This document shows, piece by piece, positions 23,601 through 36,729 of a DNA stretch of 64,000 nucleotides. The notes beneath the pieces were generated by a model that searched no databases, was not told the DNA's origin, and worked only from the letters and a program-made list of their open reading frames with translations. This DNA is from Antedon mediterranea. Lineage: Eukaryota > Animalia > Echinodermata. The DNA lies in NCBI RefSeq assembly GCF_964355755.1, contig NC_092673.1, forward strand, positions 13,736,948 through 13,800,947, written 5' to 3'. The translations under genes and the position numbers were made by a program. Within the stretch, counting starts at the first letter, position 1. Each line of letters begins with the position of its first letter.

Positions 23601-26600
23601 ACGAATTTCGCGTATTTAACATAGATCGAAAACCATATAGCAATTTAAATTGAAACTTAACAAAAGTTTAATTTATATCTTGCGCTAACTGACTGTGGAA
23701 AAAAAATGGCATGTTTCACACGAAGTTACGCGCGCACGGGCGTTTAAAATTTCAAAATCCGAAAAATCAATTTCTAATCAACTTTCTACGCGTTTCATGT
23801 CATTTTGAGCAAGTCAAAAAATCCCATGCGCGCGCATATTTTTACTCGCACGGTGCGCACGTAGCGTTGAAAATAAAATTTTTTCGCGTGATTCATGTTT
23901 TCCAGCCTTTTCTAGTAATTTTACCAACATTTGAACAATTTTGACCTAAAATTACGTCATACGGGCACATCCAATTGGATAATTTACGTGCGTTTTTGAT
24001 GAAAAAATTCAAAAATTTGTCAAAATTCGTCAAAATTATGCCTTTTTTTAAACATTCATAGATTCTAAACTACGAGGTGAACTTTTTTTAAATTATATAT
24101 TCTGGAAGTTGATGAGTTGTTGTTTTTCTGTGTGCAATATTCCAACGTATGACGTGCACGTGGCGTTTGTCGTGCGGATAACTAACTCGTCAAAGTGACG
24201 AGTTACATGTCTAGTTCTTATTTCTTTCCTTCCATTTTTGTGTAGAGCGTTTCTCTAACATGTGTAAACGTAACATTTCATAACTTTGACAACATGTGGG
24301 CATTTATGTGAAGTTGTGCACCTCCTATTTTTGAATGACGTCAGAGTTGCGCAACGTGACTTACGCGCGATTTTATGAATTTCGCGTATTTAACATAGGT
24401 CAAAAACCAAATAACATTTTGAATTGAAACTTTGCAGAAGTTTAATTTATATCGTGCGCTAACTTTCTGTGGAAAAAAAATTGCGAGTTTTACACAAATT
24501 TACGCGCGCACGCGCATTTAAATTTTGAAAATGCGAAAAAACAATTTCTAATCGACTTTCTACGCGTTTCATGTCATTTTGAGCATGTCAAAAATTCCCA
24601 CGCGCCCGCAATTTTTTACGCGCGCGGTGCGCACGTAGCGTTAAAAACATTCCTTTTTCGAGTGATTTATGTTTTTCCAGCCTTTTCTAGTAATTTTACA
24701 AACTTTTAAACAATTTTGACTTAAAATGACGTTATACGAGCACGTAGAATTGAACAATTTGCACGGGTTTTTGATGAAAAAAATCAAAAATTCGTCAAAA
24801 TTAAGCCTTTTTTAAACAGTCGTAATTTTTTTTAATTTTTTTTTTTTTTTTTTATTTTTGTATCTTTCTTCATAGCTCATCACATTTAATAGAGCGCATC
24901 TACACTTATCCGTTTTCCATTTTCACCCCGATTTTGATATTGTCTAGGTCAATCAACTATCTTTCGCACGAGTTGAAAATATTTTTATTTTTATGACGTC
25001 ATCATGCCTAAAAATTTAAATTACGTGTGGCATAAATTTCATATTTACAGTAAAATTTAATCTGTTATAGCTCGTAAGAATGAAATGTGATAATCATGAT
25101 TAAAACGTTTTCTGGAAGCTATTGAATTGTAGATACGAAATCATGTGAACATTTTGCTAATCGGATGTTGTGACGTCATCATATGGCCAGTTATATAAAA
25201 AAAGTCGTATTTTCATCTTTTGCGTTATAATTCATTACATTTAAAAGAGCGCGCATCAATATTTCACGTATTCAAATTTCTTGTACACGCTAATATGTTG
25301 TTGCTGAGATAATTTCCTTCCGAAATTACTACCTTCGCGTTTCATTTTGAAACCGTCAGCATGTTAAAAATTGGAATAAATAGCGGGTCCCGTATTTTCC
25401 CCTATTCTACACTGTATGTGATTGTGATATGTATACAGATTATACTGTGTATACTATGACACAAAATAACAGAATTCAGCAATAACAACATAATCATATT
25501 CTTCAGTCCAGGTCATAATGCCATAATCTTTTTCTGTGTGCAATATTCCAACGTATGACGTGCTCGTGGCGTTTGTCGTGCGGATAACTAACTCGTCAAA
25601 GTGACGAGTTTCATGTCTAGTTTTTTTCCTTTCCTTCTCCCCCATTTTTGTGTCTCACGTATCTCAAAAACTTGTAAACATAACATGTTATAACTTTGTC
25701 AGCATGAGGGCATTCACGTGAAGTTGTGCACCTCCTATTTTTGAATGATGTCAGAGTTGCGTAACATGACTTATGCGCGATTTTATGAATTTCACATATT
25801 TAACATAGGTCAAAAACCAAATAACATTTTAAATTGAAACTTTGCAAAAGTTTAATTTATATCATGCGCTAACTTTCAAAAATTCCCAGGCGCGCGCAAA
25901 TTTTTACGCGCGCGGAGCACACTGTTAAAAACAGATTTTTTCGCGTGATTTATGTTTTTTCAGCCTTTTCTAGTAATTTTACCAACTTTTAAACAATTTC
26001 GACTTCAAATTACGTCATACGGGCACGTCGAATTGGATAATTTATGTGCGTTTTTGATGAAAAAGTTCAAACATTTGTCAAAATTTGTCAAAATTATACC
26101 TTTTTTTAAACAGTCGTAGTTTCTAAACTAAACGGTAAAAGTTATTTTTATTACGTATTTTGGAAGATGATGAGTTGTAGATCATGTATCATGCATCAAT
26201 ACGGCTTACCGAACATTGTGACGTCATTGTATGGCCATGCGAATATAAAAAATAGAATTTTTGTATCTTTCATCATAGCTCATCACATTTAATAGAGCGC
26301 ATCTCCAATTATCTGTTTTCCATTTTCACCCCGATTTTTATATTATCTAGGTCAATCAACTATCTTTCGCAAAGTGACGAGTTTCATGTCTAGTTTTTAG
26401 TTATCCGCATTGAGCGGATAACTCCTTGTAATCGTCCTGGATCTTTTTCTGCTTCTTTCTTTCTCCCCCATTTTTGTGCAGAACGTATCTCAAAAACTTG
26501 TAAACATAACATTTCATAACTTTGTCAACATATGGGCATTTACGTGAAGTTGTGCACCTCCTATTTTTGAATGACGTCAGAGTTGCGCAACATGACTTAC

Positions 26601-29454
26601 GCGCGATTTTATGATTTTTTATGATTGATCATAGACTAAAAACCAAGCATAATTTTGTTTTGACACTTTGTGAAAATTTAAGTCATATCAGAGGCAAACT
26701 TTTTGTGGATTAAAAATGGCACGTTTTACAAGAAGTTACGCGCGCACGCGTATTTAAAATTTCAAATTGAGCAAAAATAATTTCTAATCAACTTTTTACG
26801 CGATTCATGACATTTTGCGCATGTAAAAAATTCCCATGTGTGCGCAAATTTTTACGCGCGCGGTGGCGAACGTAGCGCTAAAACATCTTTTTTTGGCGTG
26901 AATTATGTTTTATAAGCCTTTTATAGTAATTTGACCAATTTTTATACAATTTCTACTTAAAATTACGTCATACGAGCACGTCGAATTGTTCAATTTGCAC
27001 GCCTTTTTAATGAAAAAGTTCAACAATTTGTCAAAATTATGCCTTTTTTTAAACAGTCATAAATTCTAAACTACGAGGTAAACTTTTTTTTAATTACATA
27101 TTCTGGAAGTTGATGAGTTGTAGATATCGGATCATGAATCAATATGGCTAACCGGACATTGTGACGTCATCGTATGGCCACACGAATGTAAAATATAGGA
27201 TTTTTGTCTCTTTCGTTATTGCTCATCACATTCAACAGAGCGCATCTCGCTTATACGTATTCCATTTCCCCCGAGATTTTAATATTGTCTCCGTCAATCA
27301 ACTATCTTTCGCTTGAGTTAAATATATTTTAATTTTTCTAACGTCATCATGTCTAAAAATGTAAATAACGTGGGTCACATATTTTCATCTTTACAGTAAA
27401 TTTCAATGTGTTATATTCCTCAGAATAAAAAGTGATAATCATGATTACAACGTTTTCTGAAAGCTATTGGATTGTAGATACGAATTCATGTAAACATTTT
27501 GCCAATCGGATGTTCTGACGTCATCATATGGCCAGTTGAATAAAAAAAGTCGTATTTTCATATTTTACGTAATAGTTCATCACATTTAAAAGGGCGCGCA
27601 TCTATATTTTACGTATTCAAATTTCTTCTACACGTTAATATGTTGTTACCGAGATAATTTCCTTCCGAAACTGCTATCTAAGTGTTCCATTTTGATACCG
27701 TCGCCATGTTAAAAATTTTAATAAATGGCGGGTCTAGTAATTTCACCTATTCTACACTGTATGTAATATGTATACAGATTATACTGTTTGCATGTATACT
27801 ATATGACACAAAATTGACAGAATTCAGCACTAACAGCCTATCATATTCTTCAGTTCTTGTCATTATGCCATAATCTTATCTGTGTGCAATATTCAAACGT
27901 ATGACGTACACGTGGCGTTTGTCGAGCGGATAACTAACTCGTCAAAGTGACGAGTTTCATGTCTAGTTTTCTTATTTCTTTCTCCTCCATTTTTGTGTCT
28001 CGCGTATCTCAAAAACTTGTAAACATAACATTTCATAACTTTGTCAACATATGGGCATTTACGTGAAGTTGTGCACCTCCTATTTTTTAATGACGTCAGA
28101 GTTGCGCAACGTGACTTACGCGCGATTTTGTGATTTTTTATGATTGATCATAGACTAAAAACCAAAAGTGATTTTGTATTGAAACTTAGTGAAAATTTAA
28201 GTCATATCAAGGGAAAACTTTCTATGGATTAAAAATGGCATGTTTTACAAGAACTTACGCGCGCACGCGCATTTAAAATTTCAAAATGCGCAAAATTAAT
28301 TTCTAATCAACTTTCTACGCTGATCAGGACATTTTGAGCATGTCAAAAATTCCCACACGCGCGAAAAAATGTACGCGTAAGGTGCGCACGTAGCATGAAA
28401 ACCATGTGTTTTTCTCTTGAATTATGATTTTACAGCCTTTCTTAGTCATTTAAAAAAAAAAAGACATCATTTCAAATTAAAATGACGTCATATGAACACG
28501 TTGATTGAGACCATTTGCGCGCGTTTTAGTTGAAAAAGTTATAAAATATTGTCAAAATAATGCCTATTTTGAATCTATTATAGCTCTTCAGGATCAAAGG
28601 TGACCCCAATTTTTTTAAACTTATTATGCAAGAAGATAAATTGTAGATATAAATTCATGCACAATTTTTACCTCTCGGATGTTATGACGTCATCGTATGG
28701 CCACACGAATTTATAATATAGGATTTTTGTGTCTTTCGTTATTGCTCATCACTTTCAATAGAGCGCATCTTGCTTATCCGTATTCCATTTCCTCCGCGAT
28801 TTTGATATTATCTAGGTCAATCAACTATCTTTCGCATGAGTTAAAAATATTTTAATTTTTTTGACGTCATCATGCCTAAAAATGTAAATTACGTATGGCA
28901 TTAATTTCATCTTTACAGTAAATTTTAATCTGTTATAGCTCGTAAGAATAAAAGGTGATAATCACGATTAAAACGTTTTCTGGAAGCTATTGGATTGTAG
29001 ATACAAAATCATGTGAACATTTTGCCAATCGGATGTTGTGATGTCATCATATTGCCAGTTAAATAAAAAGAGTCGTATTTTTAAATTTTGCGTCATAGTT
29101 CATTACATTTTAAATTTCTTCTACACGTTAATATGTTGTTGCTGAGATAATTTCCTTCCGAAATTGCTACCTTAGCGTTTCATTTTAAAACCGTCAACAT
29201 GTTAAAAATTGCAATAAATAGTGGGTACCGTAATTTTACCTATTCTACACTGTATGTGATATGTATACATATTATACTATATATACTATATGACACAAAA
29301 TTGACAGAATTCAGCACTAACAACATATCATATTCTTCAGTTCAGGTCATAATGCCATGATCTTTTTCTGTGTGCAATATTCCAACGTATGATGTGCACG
29401 TGGCGTTTGTCGTGCGGATAACTAACTCGTCAAAGTGACGAGTTTCATGTCTAG
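20680..29454 (+). repeat. Family A block: heads at 20680, 22215, 22270, 26398; 3' ends at 22144, 23435, 24214, 25620, 26393, 27966, 29454
   Basis: Repeated 0.8-1.5 kb homologous bodies, each ending in hairpin+CTAG; one B head is embedded at 22157. Confidence 0.85.
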
Positions 29455-29457
29455 TTA

Positions 29458-32400
29458 TTAGGTGATCATTTAGAATAAAATGATCACCTATTGTTATTGT
29501 ACAAAATCTTTATTAGGTGATCATTTAGAATAAAATGATCACCTATTGTTATTGTACAAAATCTTTATTATTCGTAGGTGATCTAATTTAGAATAAAATG
29601 ATCACCTATTGTTATTGTACAAAATCTTTATTATTATTGTTATTATTCTTCTTTCTGTACACTTTTTGTTTAGCAATTATCTCAAAAAGTTGAATAACAA
29701 TGATCACAAAAATTTCACAATGTCTTTCAAATACTTTAACTTAGCCATAATAAGCTTTTCAGCGTGATCACTCAACTGTGACGTCACGTATACGCGATTT
29801 TGTGAAATCACATTATCAATCATATGTCCATAATTGATTATCACATATTTATGAAATTCTCTACACGTAAATTTCAGGTCAAGGTAAAAAATATTAGCAA
29901 ATAAAAACTCGCGCGTCTCAAGGTCATGCACGTGAAATCGCGCGTAAAGATTTTAAAAAGCTCAAAATTAAGTTTTGATCAATTTAGAGTATGAATTAGG
30001 CCAATTGCGTGTTTCAAAAAATTACTGCGCAAAAATACGTTTTTGCGCACGCAATCCTTAAAAAGCGTAAAAAATAAAATTTGATGTATACATCACATTC
30101 TACACACAATCCTTAGTACATTTTCCAATTTTGAGTCCAGTCCGACTTAAAATAACGGTATACGAGCACGTTAAACATGACAAAATGCGCACATTAATTG
30201 TACAAAAGTGCTAAAAATGGTAAAAAGTAGGGCCCTTTTAAAATGAATATAACTCTTCAGAATGGAAGATGACCCCCAATTTTTTTAACTTAATATGGAA
30301 GCCAATGAGTTGTAGATATAAATGTATATACACATTAGACGTACAAAATGGTATGACGTCATCAAATGGCCACTTGAATTTAAAAATTAGTAATTTTTAT
30401 CTTTTTGTGTGGGTTATCACATTCAATAGAGCGCATCTCCGTTATTTGAACCCAATTTTAGCTCAACTTTTAGTATGTTCTTGCTCAATTAATTATCTTT
30501 CTCATGAGTTGTCAACATTTTCATTTTGATGACGTCATCATGCGTAAAAACTTGAATAACCTAGGTCGTGTATTTTCAGCTACACCATACATTTGAATAT
30601 CTTACAGCTCTTCAGAATTAAAGGTGACCTGGAAGATTATAATTTATTATGAAAGCTGATCAAATGTAGATATGAATTCATAAAAAAAAATTAAGCCTAT
30701 TGGATGTTGTGACGTTATCTTATGGCCAGTTGAAGTTAAAAAGTAGTTTTTAAATTTCTTTAGTTGAAGTTATACAAATTTCAAAGAGCGCGCATTGCGC
30801 TTCTACGTGTCAAATTCTCTTCCAATCCTTATATTTATTTGCTCAATTCATTATCTTTCGAAATTGTCATCTTCGAGTTTATTTTGATAATTCCATCATA
30901 CCAAAAATTTAGAACACGATGTGGGTCCCGTAATTTCACCTATGCTACACTGTATATAGATATACAGTATATACTGTACATATTGTATATGAAACATAAT
31001 AGGTACAACTCAGCACTATAAGTGTATATGCATCATGTCATAGGATGGCGTACATCAACTTTTTACGATCGTATGTTAACGTACGTGCATGTTTAAAAAA
31101 TGTTAATTTCATTAAAATAATAAAAATGATCACCTATAATTCGTCAAAGTGACGAATTAAATTCTAGTGAGAAATTGTTTTTGTCCAAAAAAAATGTTTC
31201 TTTGCAATTTCTTTCTGTACAGATTTTGTGTAACAAATATCTCAAAAAGTTTAATGTCAATGATTACCAAAATTTCACAATGTCTTTCAAATACTTTAAC
31301 TTAGTCCTAATAAGCTTTTCAGCGTGATAACTCATCCGTGACGTCATTTATACGCCATTTTGCTAAATCACATTATCAATCATATCTCCATAATTCATTA
31401 TCACATATTAATGAAATTCACTACACGTAAAATTCAGGTCAAGGGTAAATATATTAGCAAATAAAAACGCACGTGGACGTAGGGTCATGCGCGTGAAATC
31501 GCGCGATAAAAATTTAAAATGCTCAGAATTAAGTTTTGATCAATTTAGAGCATGAATTAGGCCATTTGCGTGATTCAAAAAATTACTGCGCAAAAAAAAA
31601 TTTTGCGCGCGCGATACTTAAAAAGCGTAAAAAATATGATTTTTTTTTACAAATCTCATTCTACTCACCATCCTTAGTACATTCACCAAATTTGAGTCAG
31701 TTCCGACTTAAAATAACGCTATACGAGCAGGTTAAAAATGACAAAATGCGCAAATTAATTGCATCAAAGTGATGAAAACTGTGAAAAATAAGGCCTTTTT
31801 AAAATGAATATAACTCTTCAGAATGGCAGGTGACCCCCAATTTTGTTAACTTATTCTGGAAGCCATTGTGTTGTAGATACATATTCATGTACACATTAGA
31901 CGTACAAAATGGTATGACGTCATCAAATTGCCACTTCAATTTAAAAATTAGTAATTTTTATCATTTTGTGTGGTTTTCACATTCAATAGAGCGCATCACC
32001 GTTATTTGAGCCCGATTTTCGCAGAAATTTTAGTATGTGCTTGGCTCAAATAATTATCTTTCTCATGAGTTGTCAACATTTTTATTTTGATGACGTCATC
32101 ACGCGGAAAACCATGAATAACCTAGGTCGTGTAATTTCAGCTACACCATACATTTGAATATCTTATAGCTCTTCTGAATTAAAGTTGACCTTGATGTTTG
32201 TAACTTATTATGAGAGCTGCTAATATGAAGATATGAATTTATTTAAAAATTATGCCTATCGGATGTTATAACGTTATCATATGGCCAGTTGAAGTTAAAA
32301 AGTAGTTTTTTCATTTTTTTCGTCAAAGTTATACAAATTTTAAAGAGCGCGCACCGCGCTTCTACGTGTCAAATTTTCTTCCAATTGTTATATTTTATTG

Positions 32401-35400
32401 CTCAATTCATTATCTTTCGATATTGTTATCCACAATTTTATTTTGACAACGTCATCATACCAAGAAATTAGAATATGATGTGGGTCCTGTAATTTCACCT
32501 ATGCTACACTGTTACAGTATACTGTACATAATGTATATGGCATATAATAGGCACAACTCAGCACTATAAGTGTATATGCATCATGTCATAGGATGGCGTA
32601 CATCAGCTTTTTACGATCGTATGTTAACGTACGTGCATGTTTAAAAAATGTTAATTTCATTAAAATGATAAAAATGATCACCTATAATTCGTCAAAGTGA
32701 CGAATTAAATTCTAGTGAGAAATTGTTTTTGTAAAAAAAAATGTTTCTTCGCAATTTCTTTCTGTACAGATTTTGTGTAACAAATATCTCAAAAAGTTTA
32801 ATGTCAATGATGACCAACATTTCAGAATGTCTTTCCAATACTTTAACTTAGTCCTAATAAGGTTTTCAGCGTGATCACTCATCCGTGACGTCATCTATTT
32901 GCCATTTTGTGAAATCACATTATCAATCATATCTCCATAATTAATTATCACATATTAATGAAATTCACTATACGTAAACTTCAGATCAAGGGTAAAAATA
33001 TTAGCAAATAAAAATGCACGCGCACGTAGGGTCATGCGTGTGAAATCGCTCGTTAAAAATTTAAAAAGCTCAAAATTATGTTTTGATCAATTTAGAGCAT
33101 GAATTAGGCCATTTGCGTGTTTTAAAAAATTACTGCGCAAAAACACGTTTTTGCGCACGCAATTCGTAAAAAGCGTAAAAAATTAAATTTGATGTAAACA
33201 TCACATTCTTCTCACAATCCTTAGTACATTCTCCGATTTTGAGTCCATTCCGACTTAAAATAACGCTGTACGAGCACGTTAAACATGACAAAATGCGCAC
33301 ATTAATTGCACAAAAGTGCAAAAAATTGTAAAAATTAAGGCCTTTTTAAAATGAATATAACTCTTCAGAATGGCAGGTGACCCCCAATTTTTTTAACTTA
33401 ATATGGAAGCCAATAAGTTGTAGATATAAATGTATATAAACATTAGACGTACAAAATGGTATTACATCTTCAAATGGCCACTTGAATTTAAAAATTAGGA
33501 TTTTTTTCCGTTTTGTGTAGGTTATCACATTCAATAGAGCGCATCTCTGCTATTTGAGCCCGATTTTCGCACAAATTTCAGTGTGTGCTTGCTTAATTAT
33601 TTATCTTTCTCATAAGTTGTCAGTGTTTTTATTTTGACTACGTCATCACGCGTAAAAACTTGAATAACGTAGGTCGTGTAATTTCACCTTCGCCGTAAAT
33701 TTGAATATCTTACAGCTCTTCAGAATTGAAGGTTACCTTGACGATTATAATTTATTATGAAAGCTGATGAAATGTAGATATGAATTCATATAAAAACCAA
33801 GCCTATCAGATGTTGTGACGTTAACATATGGCCAGATGAAGTTAAAAAGTAGTTTTTTCATCTTTTTCATCAAAGTTATACAAATTTCAAAGAGCGCGCA
33901 CAGCGCTTCTACGTGCCAGATTCTCTTCCAATTCTTATATTTATTTGCTCAATTTATTATCTTTCGAAATTGTCATCTTTGAGTTTATTTTGATAATTCC
34001 ATCATACCAAAACATTAGAACATGATGTGTGTCCCGTAATTTCACCTATGCTACACTGTATATAGATATACAGTATATACTGTACATATTGTATATGGCA
34101 TATAATAGGCACAACTCAGCGATATAAGATTATGCATCATGTCATAGGATGGCGTACATCAACTTTTTACGATCGTATGTTAACGTACATGCATGTTTAA
34201 AAAATGTTAATTTCATTAAAATGATAACAATGATCACCTATAATTCGTCAAAGTGACGAATTAAATTCTAGTTATTATTGTTATTATTCTTCTTTCTGTA
34301 CACTTTTTGTTTAGCAATTATCTCAAAGAGTTGAATAACAATGATCACAAAAATTTCACAATATCTTTAGAATACTTTAACTTAGCCATAATAAGCTTTT
34401 CAGCGTGATCACTCAACCGTGACGTCACGTATACGCGATTTTGTGAAATCACATTATCAATCATATGTCCATAATTGATCATCACATATTTATGAAATTC
34501 TCTACACGTAAATTTCAGGTCAAGGTAAAAAATATTAGCAAATAAAAACTTGCGCGTCTCAGGGTCATGCACGTGAAATCGCGCGTAAAGATTTTAAAGA
34601 GCTCAAAATTAAGTTTTGATCAATTTAGAGTATGAATTAGGCCATTTGCGTGTTTCAAAAAATTACTGCGCAAAAACACGTTTTTGCGCACGCAATCCTT
34701 AAAAAGCGTAAACAAAAAAAGTTGATGTATACATCACATTCTACACACAATCCTTAGTACATTCTCCGATTTTGAGTCCAGTCCGACTTAAAATAACGGT
34801 ATACGAGCAGGTTAAAAATGACAAAATGCGCAAATTAATTGAATCAAAGTGCTGAAAATGGTGAAAAATAAGGCCTTTTTGAAATGAATATAACTCTTCA
34901 GAATGGAAGATGACACCTAATTTTTTTAACTTAATATGGAAGCCAATAAGTTGTAGATATAAATGTATATACACATTAGACGTACAAAATGGTATGACGT
35001 CATCAAATGGCCACTTCAATTTAAATATTAGTAATTTTTATCTTTTTGTGTGGGTTATCACATTCAATAGAGCGCATCTCCGTTATTTGAGCCAAATTTT
35101 CGCACAAATTTTAGTATGTGCTTGCTCAATTAATTATCTTTCTTATGAGTTGTCAACATTTTTATTTTGATGACGTCATCACGCGTAAAATCTTGAATAA
35201 ACTAGGTCGTGTAATTTCAGCTACACCATACATTTGAATATCTTATAGCTCTTCAGAATTAAAGGTAACCTTGAAGATTATAACTTATTATGAAAGCTGA
35301 TGAAATGTAGATATGAATTAATATAAAAATTAAGCCTATCGGGTGTTGTGATGTTATCATATGGCCAGTTGAAGTTAAAAAGTAGTTTTTTCATCTCTTT

Positions 35401-35605
35401 CGTCAAAGTTATGCAAATTTCAAAGAGCGCGCATTGCGGTTCTACGTGCAAGATTCTCTTCCAATTCTTATATTTATTTGCTCAATTCATTATCTTTCGA
35501 AATTGTCATCTTTGAGTTTATTTTGATAATTCCATTATACCAAAAAATTAGAACATGATGTGTGTCCCGTAATTTCGCCTATGCTACACTGTATATAGAT
35601 ACAGT
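29458..35605 (+). repeat. Family B block: heads at 29458, 29513, ~29575; 3' ends at 31167, 32715, 34271; fourth body broken at ~35605
   Basis: ~1.55 kb homologous bodies ending ATAATTCGTCAAAGTGACGAATTAAATTCTAG. Confidence 0.85.
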
Positions 35606-36729
35606 AAATAGGCCTACTGTATAATATTTTATATACAGTATAAACTCATTACATATAAACTTCACATTATTAATAAACATACTAACGTACACATTGTTGC
35701 ATGCGCATCACGATACGTATTTACGTAATGTAAATAATTCGGATTTGTTTACTGTAATTGGCTAAATAATGAGCACCTTATAAATGTACTACCGAGAGTA
35801 GTACGTAAATGGAAAGCTAATGACGCCCCCATCGTCGTCGTCCTTTGCAAACAAAAAGGGAGGTTGAGAATTGAAAGAAATCATCAATCGAGCATTTTTA
35901 ACCTAGGCATAGCCTCGCCTATGCCTCGTTGGTGTTTGCCTAACGCTTTAAATAACAGTTGAATATTTGTTAACAAAAAACATCGTTCATTCCAAGTGGG
36001 TTAGTCATTTTGTGGTAAGTTCAAGAATAGTCGGTTATACTAATAATCATTGTAGGCCTAAATTAACCGTATATGTTTTATTTTAACTCGGTGTCTTTAA
36101 CACGTGAGTGAGTGACACCACCACCACCGTACCCAGCCAGACCAGGAGGAGTCGAGTCAAGTAGGCCTAGGCCTATTATGCGGCTTGTGCGGTTAGAAAC
36201 CAAACATTAATTAAAGAATAATTAATAATTTTATGAATATTGTTAATTTTACTATTACTAGCTCGTCGTGTCGTTTTAGTCCCGTTTTCTGTGTTGTTAG
36301 TTAGCCTCAGCAGCCTAGCTAGCTAGGGCCTAACTAGGCTGGGCTAGGCCTACTACTTTACTATTTCTATTATAGCTAGGCCTAGTCTACTAGGCCCTAC
36401 CTATATAATAAGCTATTTATTGGCCTAGGCTTACTGCACCCTAGGCCTAGACCACACTACACTGATCTATATTGATTGGCCTACGCCACACTGATCTGTA
36501 TTGATTGGCCTAACTACTAGGCCTAGCTAGTAGGCCCTATATGTTAGGGACGGTAGTGAAATATTCTTCTGACCTAGGCCTAGCTAGGTAACACATTGCT
36601 CATTTATTTCAGTTGTGTACAGCAGCCTAACTATTCATGACTGATCTCTATTTATTAAATTATATTAAAATAATAATTAATCTAATGTAATAGGGACTGC
36701 GTTTTAGGTCAATTGATATATAAGAGATG

